NCBI GenBank assembly: GCA_964472415.1
Contig: CAYYLC010000002.1
Span: forward strand, 164,783-228,782
Length of the DNA: 64,000 bases
Source: an uncultured Gammaproteobacteria bacterium
Lineage (GTDB): Bacteria > Patescibacteriota > Microgenomatia > Levybacterales > GWA1-39-11
Reading direction: 5' to 3'
The notes under the pieces: model-generated
The model's input: only the letters and a program-made list of their open reading frames with translations
The model's database searches: none
Told to the model about the DNA's origin: nothing
Position numbers and translations under genes: made by a program
Shown: piece by piece, positions 1-10,141 of the stretch
Numbering within the stretch: the first letter of the stretch is position 1
Layout of the letters: each line of letters opens with the position of its first letter

Positions 1-810
1 TCCAAGATACGAATCCTCTTCATCACCGACTGGCGTATCAAGAGATGCTGGCTGCTGGGAGATTTTAATAATCTCTCGTGCTTTATCTGGCTCGATCTCC
101 AGTTCTTTTGCGATTTCTTCAGGGGTTGGTTGTCGACCAAGCTCTTGCATAAGTCGACGTTGTACACGCATAAAACGATTGATATTTTCGACCATATGAA
201 CCGGGATCCGAATCGTTCGTGCCTGATCAGCAATAGCTCTTGTTATGGCTTGTCTGATCCACCACGTAGCATAAGTTGAAAATTTAAACCCTTTTTTCCA
301 GTCATATTTCTCAACAGCCCGTATGAGTCCTTGATTCCCTTCTTGAATAAGGTCAAGAAGCGTCATGCCACGACCAACGTATTTTTTTGCAATAGAGACG
401 ACGAGTCGAAGATTTGATTCTACGAGTTTCTTGCGAGCTGCTTCTTCACCATTTTCAATTCTTTTCGCAAGATCTACCTCTTCATCGAAGGTCAAAAGAG
501 GAATTCTCCCAATCTCTTTTAGATACATTCTAACCGGATCAGAAACTGCAACACTGCTGAGGAGGTTTAGTGACTCAAGCTCTTTTTCAAGATCTTCAAT
601 TGCTCTTTTTGCCTCTTTCTCCTGATCAACGCTTTCGAAAATATCAATATTTTTCCGAATAAGTTGATCATAGAGATAGTCAAGCTCTTCAATGTAGTTT
701 TCAGGCTTTGCGAATTTTTTTAAGATTTCGTCCTGAGTGATATACCCCTTTTTTTTCGCGGATTTGAGCAGTTCATCGACGTTCTCATTTTTGATAGCTC
801 CAGCTCGCAT
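1..810 (-). CDS. rpoD: RNA polymerase primary sigma factor (3' end runs off the window)
   Basis: Manual translation from ATG at 810: [30 protein letters not shown]...[16 protein letters not shown]...[30 protein letters not shown]...[33 protein letters not shown] (sigma70 regions 1.1-2.4). Lies downstream of dnaG. Not in the ORF track because it is open-ended. Confidence 0.97.
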   Translation of the reverse strand, partial: MRAGAIKNENVDELLKSAKKKGYITQDEILKKFAKPENYIEELDYLYDQLIRKNIDIFESVDQEKEAKRAIEDLEKELESLNLLSSVAVSDPVRMYLKEIGRIPLLTFDEEVDLAKRIENGEEAARKKLVESNLRLVVSIAKKYVGRGMTLLDLIQEGNQGLIRAVEKYDWKKGFKFSTYATWWIRQAITRAIADQARTIRIPVHMVENINRFMRVQRRLMQELGRQPTPEEIAKELEIEPDKAREIIKISQQPASLDTPVGDEEDSYLG

Positions 811-858
811 AGTCCTATATTTTAACTGATATAGCCATTTTATTCAATCCCGAATGCT

Positions 859-2634
859 CTATAGTAAGGATGCTTTCGTGAGTTCCTCTGCAGTTTGGGA
901 GAATTGTTTTTGGAGTTCTTCAATCTTTTCTGGGTTTTCTGCTTTTTCCTCCTCCTTTAATGCGTTTGAAATAGCCTTTAGCTTTCGTTTTAGAGACAGC
1001 TTTATGATTTCACGAATTGTTCGCTCCAGTTCTTTCGTGCGCGCAATATCAGATTCAAATTTTGGGAGTGGTTTTAGATATGCGAGGTCAAATGCTTTCG
1101 TGAGTTCAGGTGAGAGTTGTTTTCCAAATTTCTGGGGATCAAATGTATTGCTGTGTTTGAAATATTTACAAAGTGCTTCAAATACTTTCTGATTGGCGCC
1201 AGTAGAAAAATATTTTGGCTTCATTAAAGACTCGGAAAGTACGAGTGCGTCATATGGGTTTTCGTTTTGGACGATAAGTCCTAAGAGATGTCGCTCAAGC
1301 GCCTCTTCACGAGTAAGTGGGATTTTTTGAAAAACTGGAGACGGTTTTTTAGGAGTCATTTGTGCTTTCTCTATTTCTGTGGAAACTGATTCAAATGATG
1401 TGTCAAGAAGAGATGCAAGTTTTTTTATATAGTGCTCTTTTACAATCTCGTTCGTAATCGCTTTTATAAAAGAGCGGACTTTCGTAAGAATGTTTTTCTT
1501 TCCATTTACTGTTTTAGGATTCTCCTCAGAAAGAGCTTGGTCGATGATGAAGTCATAAATGCTCTTTTCGTGCTTTAGGGCGATTTTAAATTCTGTAGGA
1601 TTTGTTCTTAAGAGTTCATCTGGATCTTTTCCATGTGGAGGAATAACTACGCTTGAGCTAATCCCCTCCTCTTCAATTAATTGAATTGAGCGTTTTTGTG
1701 CCTCAATTCCCGCGATGTCGGTATCAAAGCAAAATACAATATTTTTTGTGAAGCGCTTGAGGAGATTTATCTGTTCTTCTGTTAGAGCTGTTCCTTTTAT
1801 AGCAACGACGTTTGAAACCCCATGTGCAATTGACGATAATACATCAAACTCTCCTTCCATAAGGATCGCCTTCTGCTCCTTCTTTATCGCATCTTTCGTG
1901 TAGTTTATTCCAAAAAGTGAATACGATTTTTTATAGATGAGCGTTTCGCGAGTGTTAATATATTTGGGTCCTTGAGAGTTGTCATCAAGGACTCTTCCCG
2001 AGAACCCAATAACATTTGAGCGCGCATCAAGAATTGGAAAAATAATTCTATTTCGGAAAAAATCAAATAATCTTCCATTTTTTTCTGTTGCAACACCAGC
2101 GTTGAGAACAAATTGTTTCTCATACCCTTTTTTCTTGATAAGGTATGTCGTGAGCGCATCATAGCTATTCGGTGCATAGCCAAGGAGGAACGTATTGAGG
2201 AGTTTCTCATTAATACCTCGCGTGTTTGTAAGATACGAAAGTGCATTTTTGCCCACGATGTGTTTCGTGAGAATGAAGTGGTAGTATAAGGCTGCAATGT
2301 GGTTTATCTCATAGAGCGTATTTTTTTCTTGGTCAGTCTTGTCGCGAAATGGTGTGGTCGTGAGCTTGATCCCTGCTTTGCCTGCAAGAAATTTTAAGCT
2401 TTCGGAAAATCCAATCCCCTCAATTTCTTCAATAAATGAAAAGTGGTCTCCTCCTTTTTGACACCCAAAACAGTGCCATACTTGGCGTTCAGCAGACACT
2501 ACGAATGATGGGGTTTTTTCACCATGAAATGGGCAAAGGCCTTTAAAGTTCTGTCCTGCTTTTTTAAGGGTAATATATTCTCCAATGAGATCTACGATAT
2601 CAATTTTTTGCTTTATTTTTTCTATAGGGTCCAT
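859..2634 (-). CDS. dnaG: DNA primase
   Basis: CHC2 zinc finger (CPFHGEKTPSF...CFGC), PKYINT, TOPRIM motifs EGEFD and FDTDIAG. Confidence 0.98.
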   Translation of the reverse strand: MDPIEKIKQKIDIVDLIGEYITLKKAGQNFKGLCPFHGEKTPSFVVSAERQVWHCFGCQKGGDHFSFIEEIEGIGFSESLKFLAGKAGIKLTTTPFRDKTDQEKNTLYEINHIAALYYHFILTKHIVGKNALSYLTNTRGINEKLLNTFLLGYAPNSYDALTTYLIKKKGYEKQFVLNAGVATEKNGRLFDFFRNRIIFPILDARSNVIGFSGRVLDDNSQGPKYINTRETLIYKKSYSLFGINYTKDAIKKEQKAILMEGEFDVLSSIAHGVSNVVAIKGTALTEEQINLLKRFTKNIVFCFDTDIAGIEAQKRSIQLIEEEGISSSVVIPPHGKDPDELLRTNPTEFKIALKHEKSIYDFIIDQALSEENPKTVNGKKNILTKVRSFIKAITNEIVKEHYIKKLASLLDTSFESVSTEIEKAQMTPKKPSPVFQKIPLTREEALERHLLGLIVQNENPYDALVLSESLMKPKYFSTGANQKVFEALCKYFKHSNTFDPQKFGKQLSPELTKAFDLAYLKPLPKFESDIARTKELERTIREIIKLSLKRKLKAISNALKEEEKAENPEKIEELQKQFSQTAEELTKASLL

Positions 2635-2710
2635 GCTGATTCATATTGTAACATCGTTTTTTCTAAAAAATCCCTTCATATAGTCCGTAAAAAACATATA
2701 TACTATTTTT

Positions 2711-4237
2711 ATGGTTGCGCGGGTGATGACCTCAGCAGTTATCGGGGTAAACGGATCTCTTGTGGAGGTGGAGACAGATATTTTAAATGGCCTTCCCTCC
2801 TTTACTATCGTGGGGCTTCCTGATAAGGCGGTTGAAGAGGCCCGTGAGCGAGTCCGTTCTGCTATAAAAAATAGTGGTGTTGATTTTCCGGTAAAGCGTA
2901 TTACTGTAAATCTCGCCCCTTCAGATTTACCAAAAGAAGGTTCAAGTTTTGATATGCCTATAGCGATTTCAATTCTTGCAGCCTCTGAGCAGGTCGAAGG
3001 AAATATTGACGATGCACTTTTTATCGGCGAATTATCTCTCAATGGTACATTTAGGCTTACTCGTGGAGTGTTGCCCGCAATTCTCCTTGCAAAATCTCGT
3101 AATTTTAAGAAAGTATTTGTGCCGTATGATAATAGATTTGAGGCGTCAATGGTTGAAGGTGTGGATATTTATGCGGTTGAAAATTTACGAGACCTCTTAT
3201 TATTTTTAGATAATAAAAAGGATTTAGAGAAAATAATAAGTGTAGATTTTGAAAATCTTCAGGCAGAAAGCAGCTATGAATATGACCTCAAAGATATTCG
3301 TGGTCAAGAAATAGTAAAGCGCGCGATGGAGATAGCGGTTGCGGGTGGGCATAATATTTTACTGAAAGGTCCTCCTGGAAGCGGGAAGACGCTTATTGCA
3401 AAAACTATTCCTTCGCTTCTCCCTTCCCTCTCTTTTGAAGAAGCATTGGAAGTGACGAAAATTTATAGTATTTCAGGGTTGCTTGATGGAGACAAATTCA
3501 TGATAAATCGTCCTTTTCGAAGCCCTCACCACACAACATCTTATGTGGGGCTTATTGGTGGAAGTGCAAACCCAAGGCCTGGAGAGATTTCTTTGGCACA
3601 TCGCGGTGTTCTGTTTTTAGATGAATTTCCGGAATTCTCTCGAAATGTTCTTGAGTCCCTCCGACAGCCATTGGAGGATGGTGTTGTTTCTATTTCTCGT
3701 GCAAGGCATAGGGTTTCATACCCTGCGGATTTTATGCTGGTTGCCGCAGCAAATCCTTGTCCATGTGGATATCAAGGAGATAGTGCTCGCGATTGTATTT
3801 GTACATCCCACCAAATACTGAGATACCAAAAGCGTCTCTCAGGACCACTCTTGGATAGGATAGATATTCATGTTGACGTGCCAGCTGTAAGAACAGAAAA
3901 ACTTATGTACGATGGAGAGGTTGAAGATTCGAGTGCCGTTCGTAGTAGAATAGATGCAGCGTTAAAAGTTCAACGAGTAAGATTTAGCAGGGTAAAGACG
4001 GTGATGAACGGTCAGATGAGTGCGCGGGACATTAAAGAGCATATAGCGCTTTCAGACGAGATAAAAGATCTCATGCGACATGCCTCGCAAAGATTAAATT
4101 TATCAGCACGTTCTTTTCATAAAGTATTGAAGGTCTCACGGACAATCGCAGACTTAGACAACAATGCTCGAAATATAGAAAAAGTACATGTTCTCGAGGC
4201 GTTACAATATCGGCCGCGTACAGATGAGGGATTATGA
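2711..4237 (+). CDS. comM: YifB/ComM Mg-chelatase-like AAA+ ATPase
   Basis: IVGLPDKAVEEARERVRSA, GPPGSGKT, PFRSPHHT, GEISLAHRGVLFLDEFPEF, NPCPCG. Confidence 0.95.
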   Translation: MVARVMTSAVIGVNGSLVEVETDILNGLPSFTIVGLPDKAVEEARERVRSAIKNSGVDFPVKRITVNLAPSDLPKEGSSFDMPIAISILAASEQVEGNIDDALFIGELSLNGTFRLTRGVLPAILLAKSRNFKKVFVPYDNRFEASMVEGVDIYAVENLRDLLLFLDNKKDLEKIISVDFENLQAESSYEYDLKDIRGQEIVKRAMEIAVAGGHNILLKGPPGSGKTLIAKTIPSLLPSLSFEEALEVTKIYSISGLLDGDKFMINRPFRSPHHTTSYVGLIGGSANPRPGEISLAHRGVLFLDEFPEFSRNVLESLRQPLEDGVVSISRARHRVSYPADFMLVAAANPCPCGYQGDSARDCICTSHQILRYQKRLSGPLLDRIDIHVDVPAVRTEKLMYDGEVEDSSAVRSRIDAALKVQRVRFSRVKTVMNGQMSARDIKEHIALSDEIKDLMRHASQRLNLSARSFHKVLKVSRTIADLDNNARNIEKVHVLEALQYRPRTDEGL

Positions 4238-5088
4238 AAAAGGTAGTTTTTTTTATTTTTTACACATTTTTCATGGTGCTGCTAGGACGCCAGTTGACAT
4301 TTTTGCCAACCTTTCATGCTCCTACGCTAACTTCTCAGAAGACGCTTTCGAATAATGAATTGAGAGACCATATAAAAACGGCTATTGGTGATTTTAAGGG
4401 AGATTATAGTGTTTACTATGAAGACTTGGTAACGGGTGGTGCATTTGGTATTGATCATAATACTGTTCTTACTGCTGCATCGCTCAACAAGGTTCCCGTT
4501 GTATTCTATCTCTACTCGCTCGCGTCAGAACGGAAGATTAATTTAGAAGAAAAAATTGTATTACAGGAAAGCGACATTCAAGATTATGGGACGGGTGTTT
4601 TGCGATATCGAGAGCCAGGAGAGGCATATACGCTCAAACGCCTTGCCGAGTTGTCGTTTCATCATTCTGACAATACGGCAATTCATCTTCTTACCATACG
4701 GTTGGGTGAGGATAATATCCAGAGCTTTGTGGATAATCTGGGAATGGGTGCAACAAGTATTGCATACAATGAAACTTCTCCAAGAGACATGGGAAATTTA
4801 TTCTCGCAGTTTTATATGGGAAAGCTTATGAGCGAACCTCTGAAGCGAGAGTTGATGGATTATTTATCAAATACAGAATTTGAAGATAGAATTCCTCGTT
4901 ATTTAGAGGAGGATGTGGTGGTATATCACAAGACAGGAGATCACGATAATATGGTGCATGATGGAGGGGTCGTAGATGATGGCAAGAACCCTTTCGTGCT
5001 CATTGTGATGTCGCAGGGAATTATTGATGAGGATAATGCACGGGATACAATTGGAGTAATCGCAAAAGAGATTATTGAGAAGCGATAG
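4234..5088 (+). CDS. Class A beta-lactamase-like serine hydrolase, membrane-anchored
   Basis: N-terminal hydrophobic anchor; SxxK (ASLNK), SDN and KTG motifs. Confidence 0.85.
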   Translation: MKKVVFFIFYTFFMVLLGRQLTFLPTFHAPTLTSQKTLSNNELRDHIKTAIGDFKGDYSVYYEDLVTGGAFGIDHNTVLTAASLNKVPVVFYLYSLASERKINLEEKIVLQESDIQDYGTGVLRYREPGEAYTLKRLAELSFHHSDNTAIHLLTIRLGEDNIQSFVDNLGMGATSIAYNETSPRDMGNLFSQFYMGKLMSEPLKRELMDYLSNTEFEDRIPRYLEEDVVVYHKTGDHDNMVHDGGVVDDGKNPFVLIVMSQGIIDEDNARDTIGVIAKEIIEKR

Positions 5089-5089
5089 G

Positions 5090-5734
5090 CTAGAGTTTTG
5101 AGAGAAGATCTTGGTAGGCAGATTTTGGATCTGGATTCTCCCAGAGGAAGCTCGTTGCTACAAATCGAGTTGCTCCATTTGCGCGCACCTTTTGAATAGT
5201 TGTATCTTTCACTCCCCCGTCTGCTTCTAGAGGGATTTGAGTTTTTTCTCGGAGCGCTTTTATTTTACTGAGCCGGCTATCCATCATTGGGGGGCCTGAA
5301 AACCCTACTTTGTCAGAAGTGTAGATGAGTATGCAGTCAAGATTATCTAGGTGTACATCGTTAAGTTTATTGATAGCTGTGGGCCCGTCAAGTGCGAGCC
5401 CCACTTCTCCTAGGCGTCGTCCTTGGTCTACAAACGCTGTAATATCAGACATTTTCTCAATATGGCCGATGAATCGTTTGAATCCATTTTTTGCAAGCGG
5501 CGCAAGAAAGTCAATTGGTTCTTCTACCATGAGATGTGCTTCGAGAAGTAGTATGTCGCTATACTTTTGGAATGGTTTTGGGTCGAGAAATGTAAGATTA
5601 TTTACAAACTTACCATCGATAAAATCCACGTGAACGCTTTTTGCAAACATTTGTGTTTGAGAGAGTTTTTTTTCAATTTTATCCCAATCTTTTTCTAAGA
5701 TCCCAGGTAGGATTTCTAAATTGTTATGATGCAT
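5090..5734 (-). CDS. rpe: Ribulose-phosphate 3-epimerase
   Basis: HVDFIDGKFV, EAHLMV, EADGGV; adjacent to rpiB. Confidence 0.9.
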   Translation of the reverse strand: MHHNNLEILPGILEKDWDKIEKKLSQTQMFAKSVHVDFIDGKFVNNLTFLDPKPFQKYSDILLLEAHLMVEEPIDFLAPLAKNGFKRFIGHIEKMSDITAFVDQGRRLGEVGLALDGPTAINKLNDVHLDNLDCILIYTSDKVGFSGPPMMDSRLSKIKALREKTQIPLEADGGVKDTTIQKVRANGATRFVATSFLWENPDPKSAYQDLLSKL

Positions 5735-6170
5735 GTTCTAATTCTCTTATTTTTTCTATACGTCTCTTATGACGTTCTTCATTGGAGAAAGAGGTTTCTA
5801 GAAAAAGGGAGACAAGCTCCTTTGCCATATCTGAGTTTACGAGCGCAGAGCCTAACGATAAAATATTTGCATCATTGTGTTCCCGGGAAAGTTTTACGTT
5901 TTCTGTATTTACTGCGAGAATCGCACGAATATCTGGAAATTTATTTGCAACGATTGCCTCTCCTGCTCCAGATTTCCCAAAAACAATACCAAACCCTTTA
6001 TTCTGCGACACTTTTTTTGCGGCAATCTGTACGAAATCAGGATAGTCATCGTTTTGATCATACGTATGTGCGCCACAATCAACTACTTTATACCCTTCTC
6101 TTTCTAGATATTGTTTTATTACTTCCTTCAATTCATATCCAGCGTGGTCTGTCGCAAGGTAAATGTTCAT
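5724..6170 (-). CDS. rpiB: Ribose-5-phosphate isomerase B
   Basis: TDHAGYELK, DDYPD, REHNDANIL, RHKRR. Confidence 0.93.
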   Translation of the reverse strand: MNIYLATDHAGYELKEVIKQYLEREGYKVVDCGAHTYDQNDDYPDFVQIAAKKVSQNKGFGIVFGKSGAGEAIVANKFPDIRAILAVNTENVKLSREHNDANILSLGSALVNSDMAKELVSLFLETSFSNEERHKRRIEKIRELEHAS

Positions 6171-7141
6171 AGTTGCTTTACGTGAAGATTCGCATTTTGC
6201 ACTTCATGTTCAATTTGAGAAAACATGAGTTGTCCGGTTTGCGCACCTGGCTGTTTCATTTCACCGAGTGCATTTACTATTCCCCAGCGCATTGCGTCTG
6301 TGATATCTTTTTTATGAAGGTGTGCCGCTAAAAATGCGCCAGCATATGCATCTCCTGCGCCTGTTTTTTCATACCCTTCTGGCTTGGGGGAATCAACATG
6401 ATGTACGGTATTCGCAGAACCTATCGCATAGGCGCCGTTTTCTCCATCAGTTATAGAAAGAATGTCAAAGTTTTTCTCCTTAAGGCTGAGTAGGAGTTTT
6501 TTTGGATCCTTAATTTCCTCACCACCCAATGCTTTATGTATTCTTTGTGCTTCTTCCATGTTGCACAAGAGTATTTTAGCGGTTGATATAGTCTGTATAA
6601 ATACATCATTCATGCTTTTTAGCTGGAGTGATCCAGGCGAAAGTGCGATCGGAATATTGTTTTTTTGGGCGTATGCAAGGACTTGCTCATAAGCGCGCTC
6701 CCACACCTTTCCAATCGAGCTGAGAAATATAAGATCGGGCGTGGTATGTATTTTTGTTTCATCAAAAACGTGTTCTGCAACATTATGGTGAGAGAAGATG
6801 ATTCGGTCTGTTGGGAAATCAAATATAAGAGAAAGCGATCCCGTGGTCGTTTCTATATCTTCTACGATGAGTTCAATTTCCTTTTCTTTCATCTTCTCAC
6901 GAATGTGTTTTGAAAGCGGATCAGTTCCAAGATAGGTATAAAGTGCTGTGGGGATCGAGAGATTATGGAGTGCAGAGGTTACATTTGCACTATTTCCTCC
7001 TAGAGAAAGCGTCTTGAGACTTATCGGGACTTTTGCACCAAGTGGGAGCGTGATTTTTCCATCTGAAATTTCAAGGTGCGCGCTTTTTTCAATTGATACG
7101 AAAAAATCTATTAAGCAGGATCCTACTGATAAAACATTCAT
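6167..7141 (-). CDS. PfkB-family carbohydrate kinase
   Basis: GGNSANV, NMEEA, TDGENGA, TGAGDAYAG signature. Confidence 0.9.
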   Translation of the reverse strand: MNVLSVGSCLIDFFVSIEKSAHLEISDGKITLPLGAKVPISLKTLSLGGNSANVTSALHNLSIPTALYTYLGTDPLSKHIREKMKEKEIELIVEDIETTTGSLSLIFDFPTDRIIFSHHNVAEHVFDETKIHTTPDLIFLSSIGKVWERAYEQVLAYAQKNNIPIALSPGSLQLKSMNDVFIQTISTAKILLCNMEEAQRIHKALGGEEIKDPKKLLLSLKEKNFDILSITDGENGAYAIGSANTVHHVDSPKPEGYEKTGAGDAYAGAFLAAHLHKKDITDAMRWGIVNALGEMKQPGAQTGQLMFSQIEHEVQNANLHVKQL

Positions 7142-7315
7142 GTGGTTCCTACTGTACCAAAATTAGTACAAAATAAAAAGTCGTATTTGTATCAGTTTGT
7201 AAATTTTTGTATAAGAAGATGTATATTGTAAGGTATCCTATAAATTTTATATAATACCGTTATAGAGAAGCACTGCCCGCGGAAATTATTTGTATAACAA
7301 GATTGTATTTTTAAA

Positions 7316-9559
7316 ATGGCAGTGATAAAGTTTTTGTTTTATTTATTAGCGTATACTTTAATTCGAGTTGGCAATTTTGTTGAGAAGTTTATAGAATTAT
7401 TTATTGATAATATCAAGAGAATTACTCTAAGCATACATAGGCATAGTAAGAACATATTGTCTTATAGTAGGAGGCTTTTTCACTTCCGTTTTCCGAAGAT
7501 TTCATATCCAAAATTTTCCCTTCCTCATATCTCATTTCCGAGACGACAAAAAAAACAGGCTCACATAGGGGTAAACTCTCCGAGAATATTCTCCCGAAAG
7601 CGCCGATTTGTAGTAAACTTCTTTTTCTTCTTTTTTGGGATCTTTTTTTCTAGTATTTTTATTTTTCTTCCAATTTTAGGGTATGTTTTTGTTTCTGATT
7701 TACCCTCTCTGAACAAATTATCTGTAGCATATATCCCTCAAACTACTAAATTATATGATAGAGACGGTGGGTTATTGTATGAGTTTTATGCTGAGGAAAA
7801 CAGGACGCTCGTAGCGCTCTCTGATATTCCAGCACATCTTCGTCAGGCAACGATTGCGATAGAAGACCAGAATTTCTATAGCCATCCAGGGTTTGATTTG
7901 CGGGGAATTGCGCGTGCCTTTGTTTCGAATGTGACTGATGGAGAGTTTCAGGGAGGTTCTACGATTACCCAGCAGTTGATTAAGTCAGCGCTCCTCACTC
8001 CTGACCCTACGATTACGAGGAAGACAAAGGAAGTAATACTTGCCCTTTGGGCTGAGCAGAAATATGATAAGGACGAAATCTTAGAGCTGTATTTTAATTA
8101 TGTGCCATATGGTGGAACTGCATGGGGGGTGCAAGCAGCAAGCGAGGTATATTTTGGCAAAGATGTATCTGAAGTAACCCTTCCTGAAGCTGCATTTCTC
8201 GCAGGCCTTCCTCGGGCACCTTCTGTGTACTCGCCATTTATTAATTCTGAAAATGTGTGGAAAAAACGTCAGTTAACCGTTCTTCGGGCAATGGTGAGAG
8301 ATGGGTATGTTACTCAGGAGCAGGCGGAAGAGGCATATAATCAGAAGTTGGCGTTTGAAGCACCGCAGACTTCTATTAAAGCCCCGCACTTTGTGATGTA
8401 TGTAAAAGATTTTCTTGTTAAGAAGTATGGGCTATACGCTGTGGAGCGCGGAGGGTTGCAGATTACGACAAGTCTAGACTTAGATTTGCAGCAATTTGTA
8501 GAGGCTGAGGTGAGAAAAACTGTTGAGGAGAATAGATATTTAGGGATTGGAAATGCTGCCTCAGTCATCACTGATCCGAGAAACGGAGACATTTTAGCAA
8601 TGGTGGGAAGCAGAGATTTTTTTGATAGAGAGCACGATGGGAATGTAAATATCACGACCTCTCTTCGTCAGCCTGGTTCTACAATAAAGCTCATAACATA
8701 CACTGCAGCACTTGAAAATGGCTATACTGAAGGATCACTAGTTCAGGACAGTCCGATTACGATCAAGATTTCTGGCAAAGAGAGCTATAAGCCAGTAAAT
8801 TATGATGGGCGTTATCATGGAATGGTTCCCCTCCGAATTGCACTCGCAAATTCTTACAATATCCCAGCAGTACGAATTGCCCAAAAGCTTACTCCAGAGC
8901 TTATTCTTGAATATGGACAGAAAATGGGAATTTCTTCTTGGAGAAATGATATGCCATATGGACTTTCTATAACGCTTGGAGGAAATGAGGTTACGATGCT
9001 CGATTTGGCAACTGCATATGGTGTTATTGCAAATAATGGTCAAAAAGCTGAGCTAGACCCAATTCTGGAGGTACGCGATAGTTATGGGAAAGTGTTGAAG
9101 GAGAAAGACGTGCATCCAGTTCAAGTAGTCAGCGAAGGAGCAGCGTTTATTGTTGAGGACATCTTATCAGATAATCGGGCTCGTAGTGGTGCATTTGGGG
9201 CAAATTCACCACTTTATATCCCAGACAAGCGAGTGTCAGTAAAAACAGGGACAACTGATAATAAGCGAGATAACTGGACTGTAGGATTTACTGATAATTA
9301 CGTAGTGGCAACGTGGGTTGGGAACAATGATAACACTCCGCTTTCACCAACGCTTGCATCAGGAATAACAGGTGCTGCCCCACTCTGGAGAGATGTAATG
9401 GAGTCTTTGGTAAAAGATGAAGAAGAGCATGAGGTTGTAATTCCTGAAACAATTATAGAAAAACGTTGTTTTGGGTACGAGGCATACTTTCTTAGCGGAA
9501 CAGAGGATAAGAGTAGGTGCTGGATTCCTCGTCCGTCACCCACCCCTGCTACTCAGTAG
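7316..9559 (+). CDS. Class A penicillin-binding protein (transglycosylase/transpeptidase)
   Basis: IEDQNFYSHPGFD, GGSTITQQL, RKTKE; transpeptidase motifs STIK, SYN, KTG; N-terminal TM segment. Confidence 0.95.
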   Translation: MAVIKFLFYLLAYTLIRVGNFVEKFIELFIDNIKRITLSIHRHSKNILSYSRRLFHFRFPKISYPKFSLPHISFPRRQKKQAHIGVNSPRIFSRKRRFVVNFFFFFFGIFFSSIFIFLPILGYVFVSDLPSLNKLSVAYIPQTTKLYDRDGGLLYEFYAEENRTLVALSDIPAHLRQATIAIEDQNFYSHPGFDLRGIARAFVSNVTDGEFQGGSTITQQLIKSALLTPDPTITRKTKEVILALWAEQKYDKDEILELYFNYVPYGGTAWGVQAASEVYFGKDVSEVTLPEAAFLAGLPRAPSVYSPFINSENVWKKRQLTVLRAMVRDGYVTQEQAEEAYNQKLAFEAPQTSIKAPHFVMYVKDFLVKKYGLYAVERGGLQITTSLDLDLQQFVEAEVRKTVEENRYLGIGNAASVITDPRNGDILAMVGSRDFFDREHDGNVNITTSLRQPGSTIKLITYTAALENGYTEGSLVQDSPITIKISGKESYKPVNYDGRYHGMVPLRIALANSYNIPAVRIAQKLTPELILEYGQKMGISSWRNDMPYGLSITLGGNEVTMLDLATAYGVIANNGQKAELDPILEVRDSYGKVLKEKDVHPVQVVSEGAAFIVEDILSDNRARSGAFGANSPLYIPDKRVSVKTGTTDNKRDNWTVGFTDNYVVATWVGNNDNTPLSPTLASGITGAAPLWRDVMESLVKDEEEHEVVIPETIIEKRCFGYEAYFLSGTEDKSRCWIPRPSPTPATQ

Positions 9560-10133
9560 CCTTTTGTAGTTCTTGAAGTGTTTTTTGAAGCGCATCTTCT
9601 TGATTGAGATTGTAGGTATTGATTACTAAGTCATAGTATTTCCTATCCCAATATACCCAATTTTTATCATTATTTGCATAGAGTCGTCTAAATTTTTCTA
9701 AATTCTGTTTGTCACGCTCTTTAATTTCATACTTTGCTTGCTCAATAGAAGTGCCATCCCTATTTACGAGACGGTCTATCCGGATATCTGTTTTATCGTT
9801 TCCTTCGCCATCTTCCGTAACCACTAAGATTTTGAATACATCGGGAATTCCCTGTGCGTCATATCCTGCGAGGTGACTTTGGATAATGTGGCCGTTTTCT
9901 TCTCTCAGGATTTTTTTAATTCGCTCTTCATACTCGAGGTCATAATGATCTGGCCGTTTCTCTGTTTCTTCAACACCAGCGCCAATTTCGTCTTGTATTC
10001 TTCTCATGATTTTTCCTCCATCGAGAACATTCCAAGAGAGATTTTCAGCAAGTTTTGTGGCAAGGGTTGTTGCACCACTTCCAATTCGGCCTGAGATGGT
10101 AATATTTCTAATTCTCCGAAGATCTTGTCCCAT
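9549..10133 (-). CDS. Cytidylate-kinase-like P-loop protein (archaeal-type Cmk family)
   Basis: ITISGRIGSGATT, GGKIMR, RIDRLVNRDG, YDLVINT. Confidence 0.75.
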   Translation of the reverse strand: MGQDLRRIRNITISGRIGSGATTLATKLAENLSWNVLDGGKIMRRIQDEIGAGVEETEKRPDHYDLEYEERIKKILREENGHIIQSHLAGYDAQGIPDVFKILVVTEDGEGNDKTDIRIDRLVNRDGTSIEQAKYEIKERDKQNLEKFRRLYANNDKNWVYWDRKYYDLVINTYNLNQEDALQKTLQELQKATE

Positions 10134-10141
10134 GCCGTATT

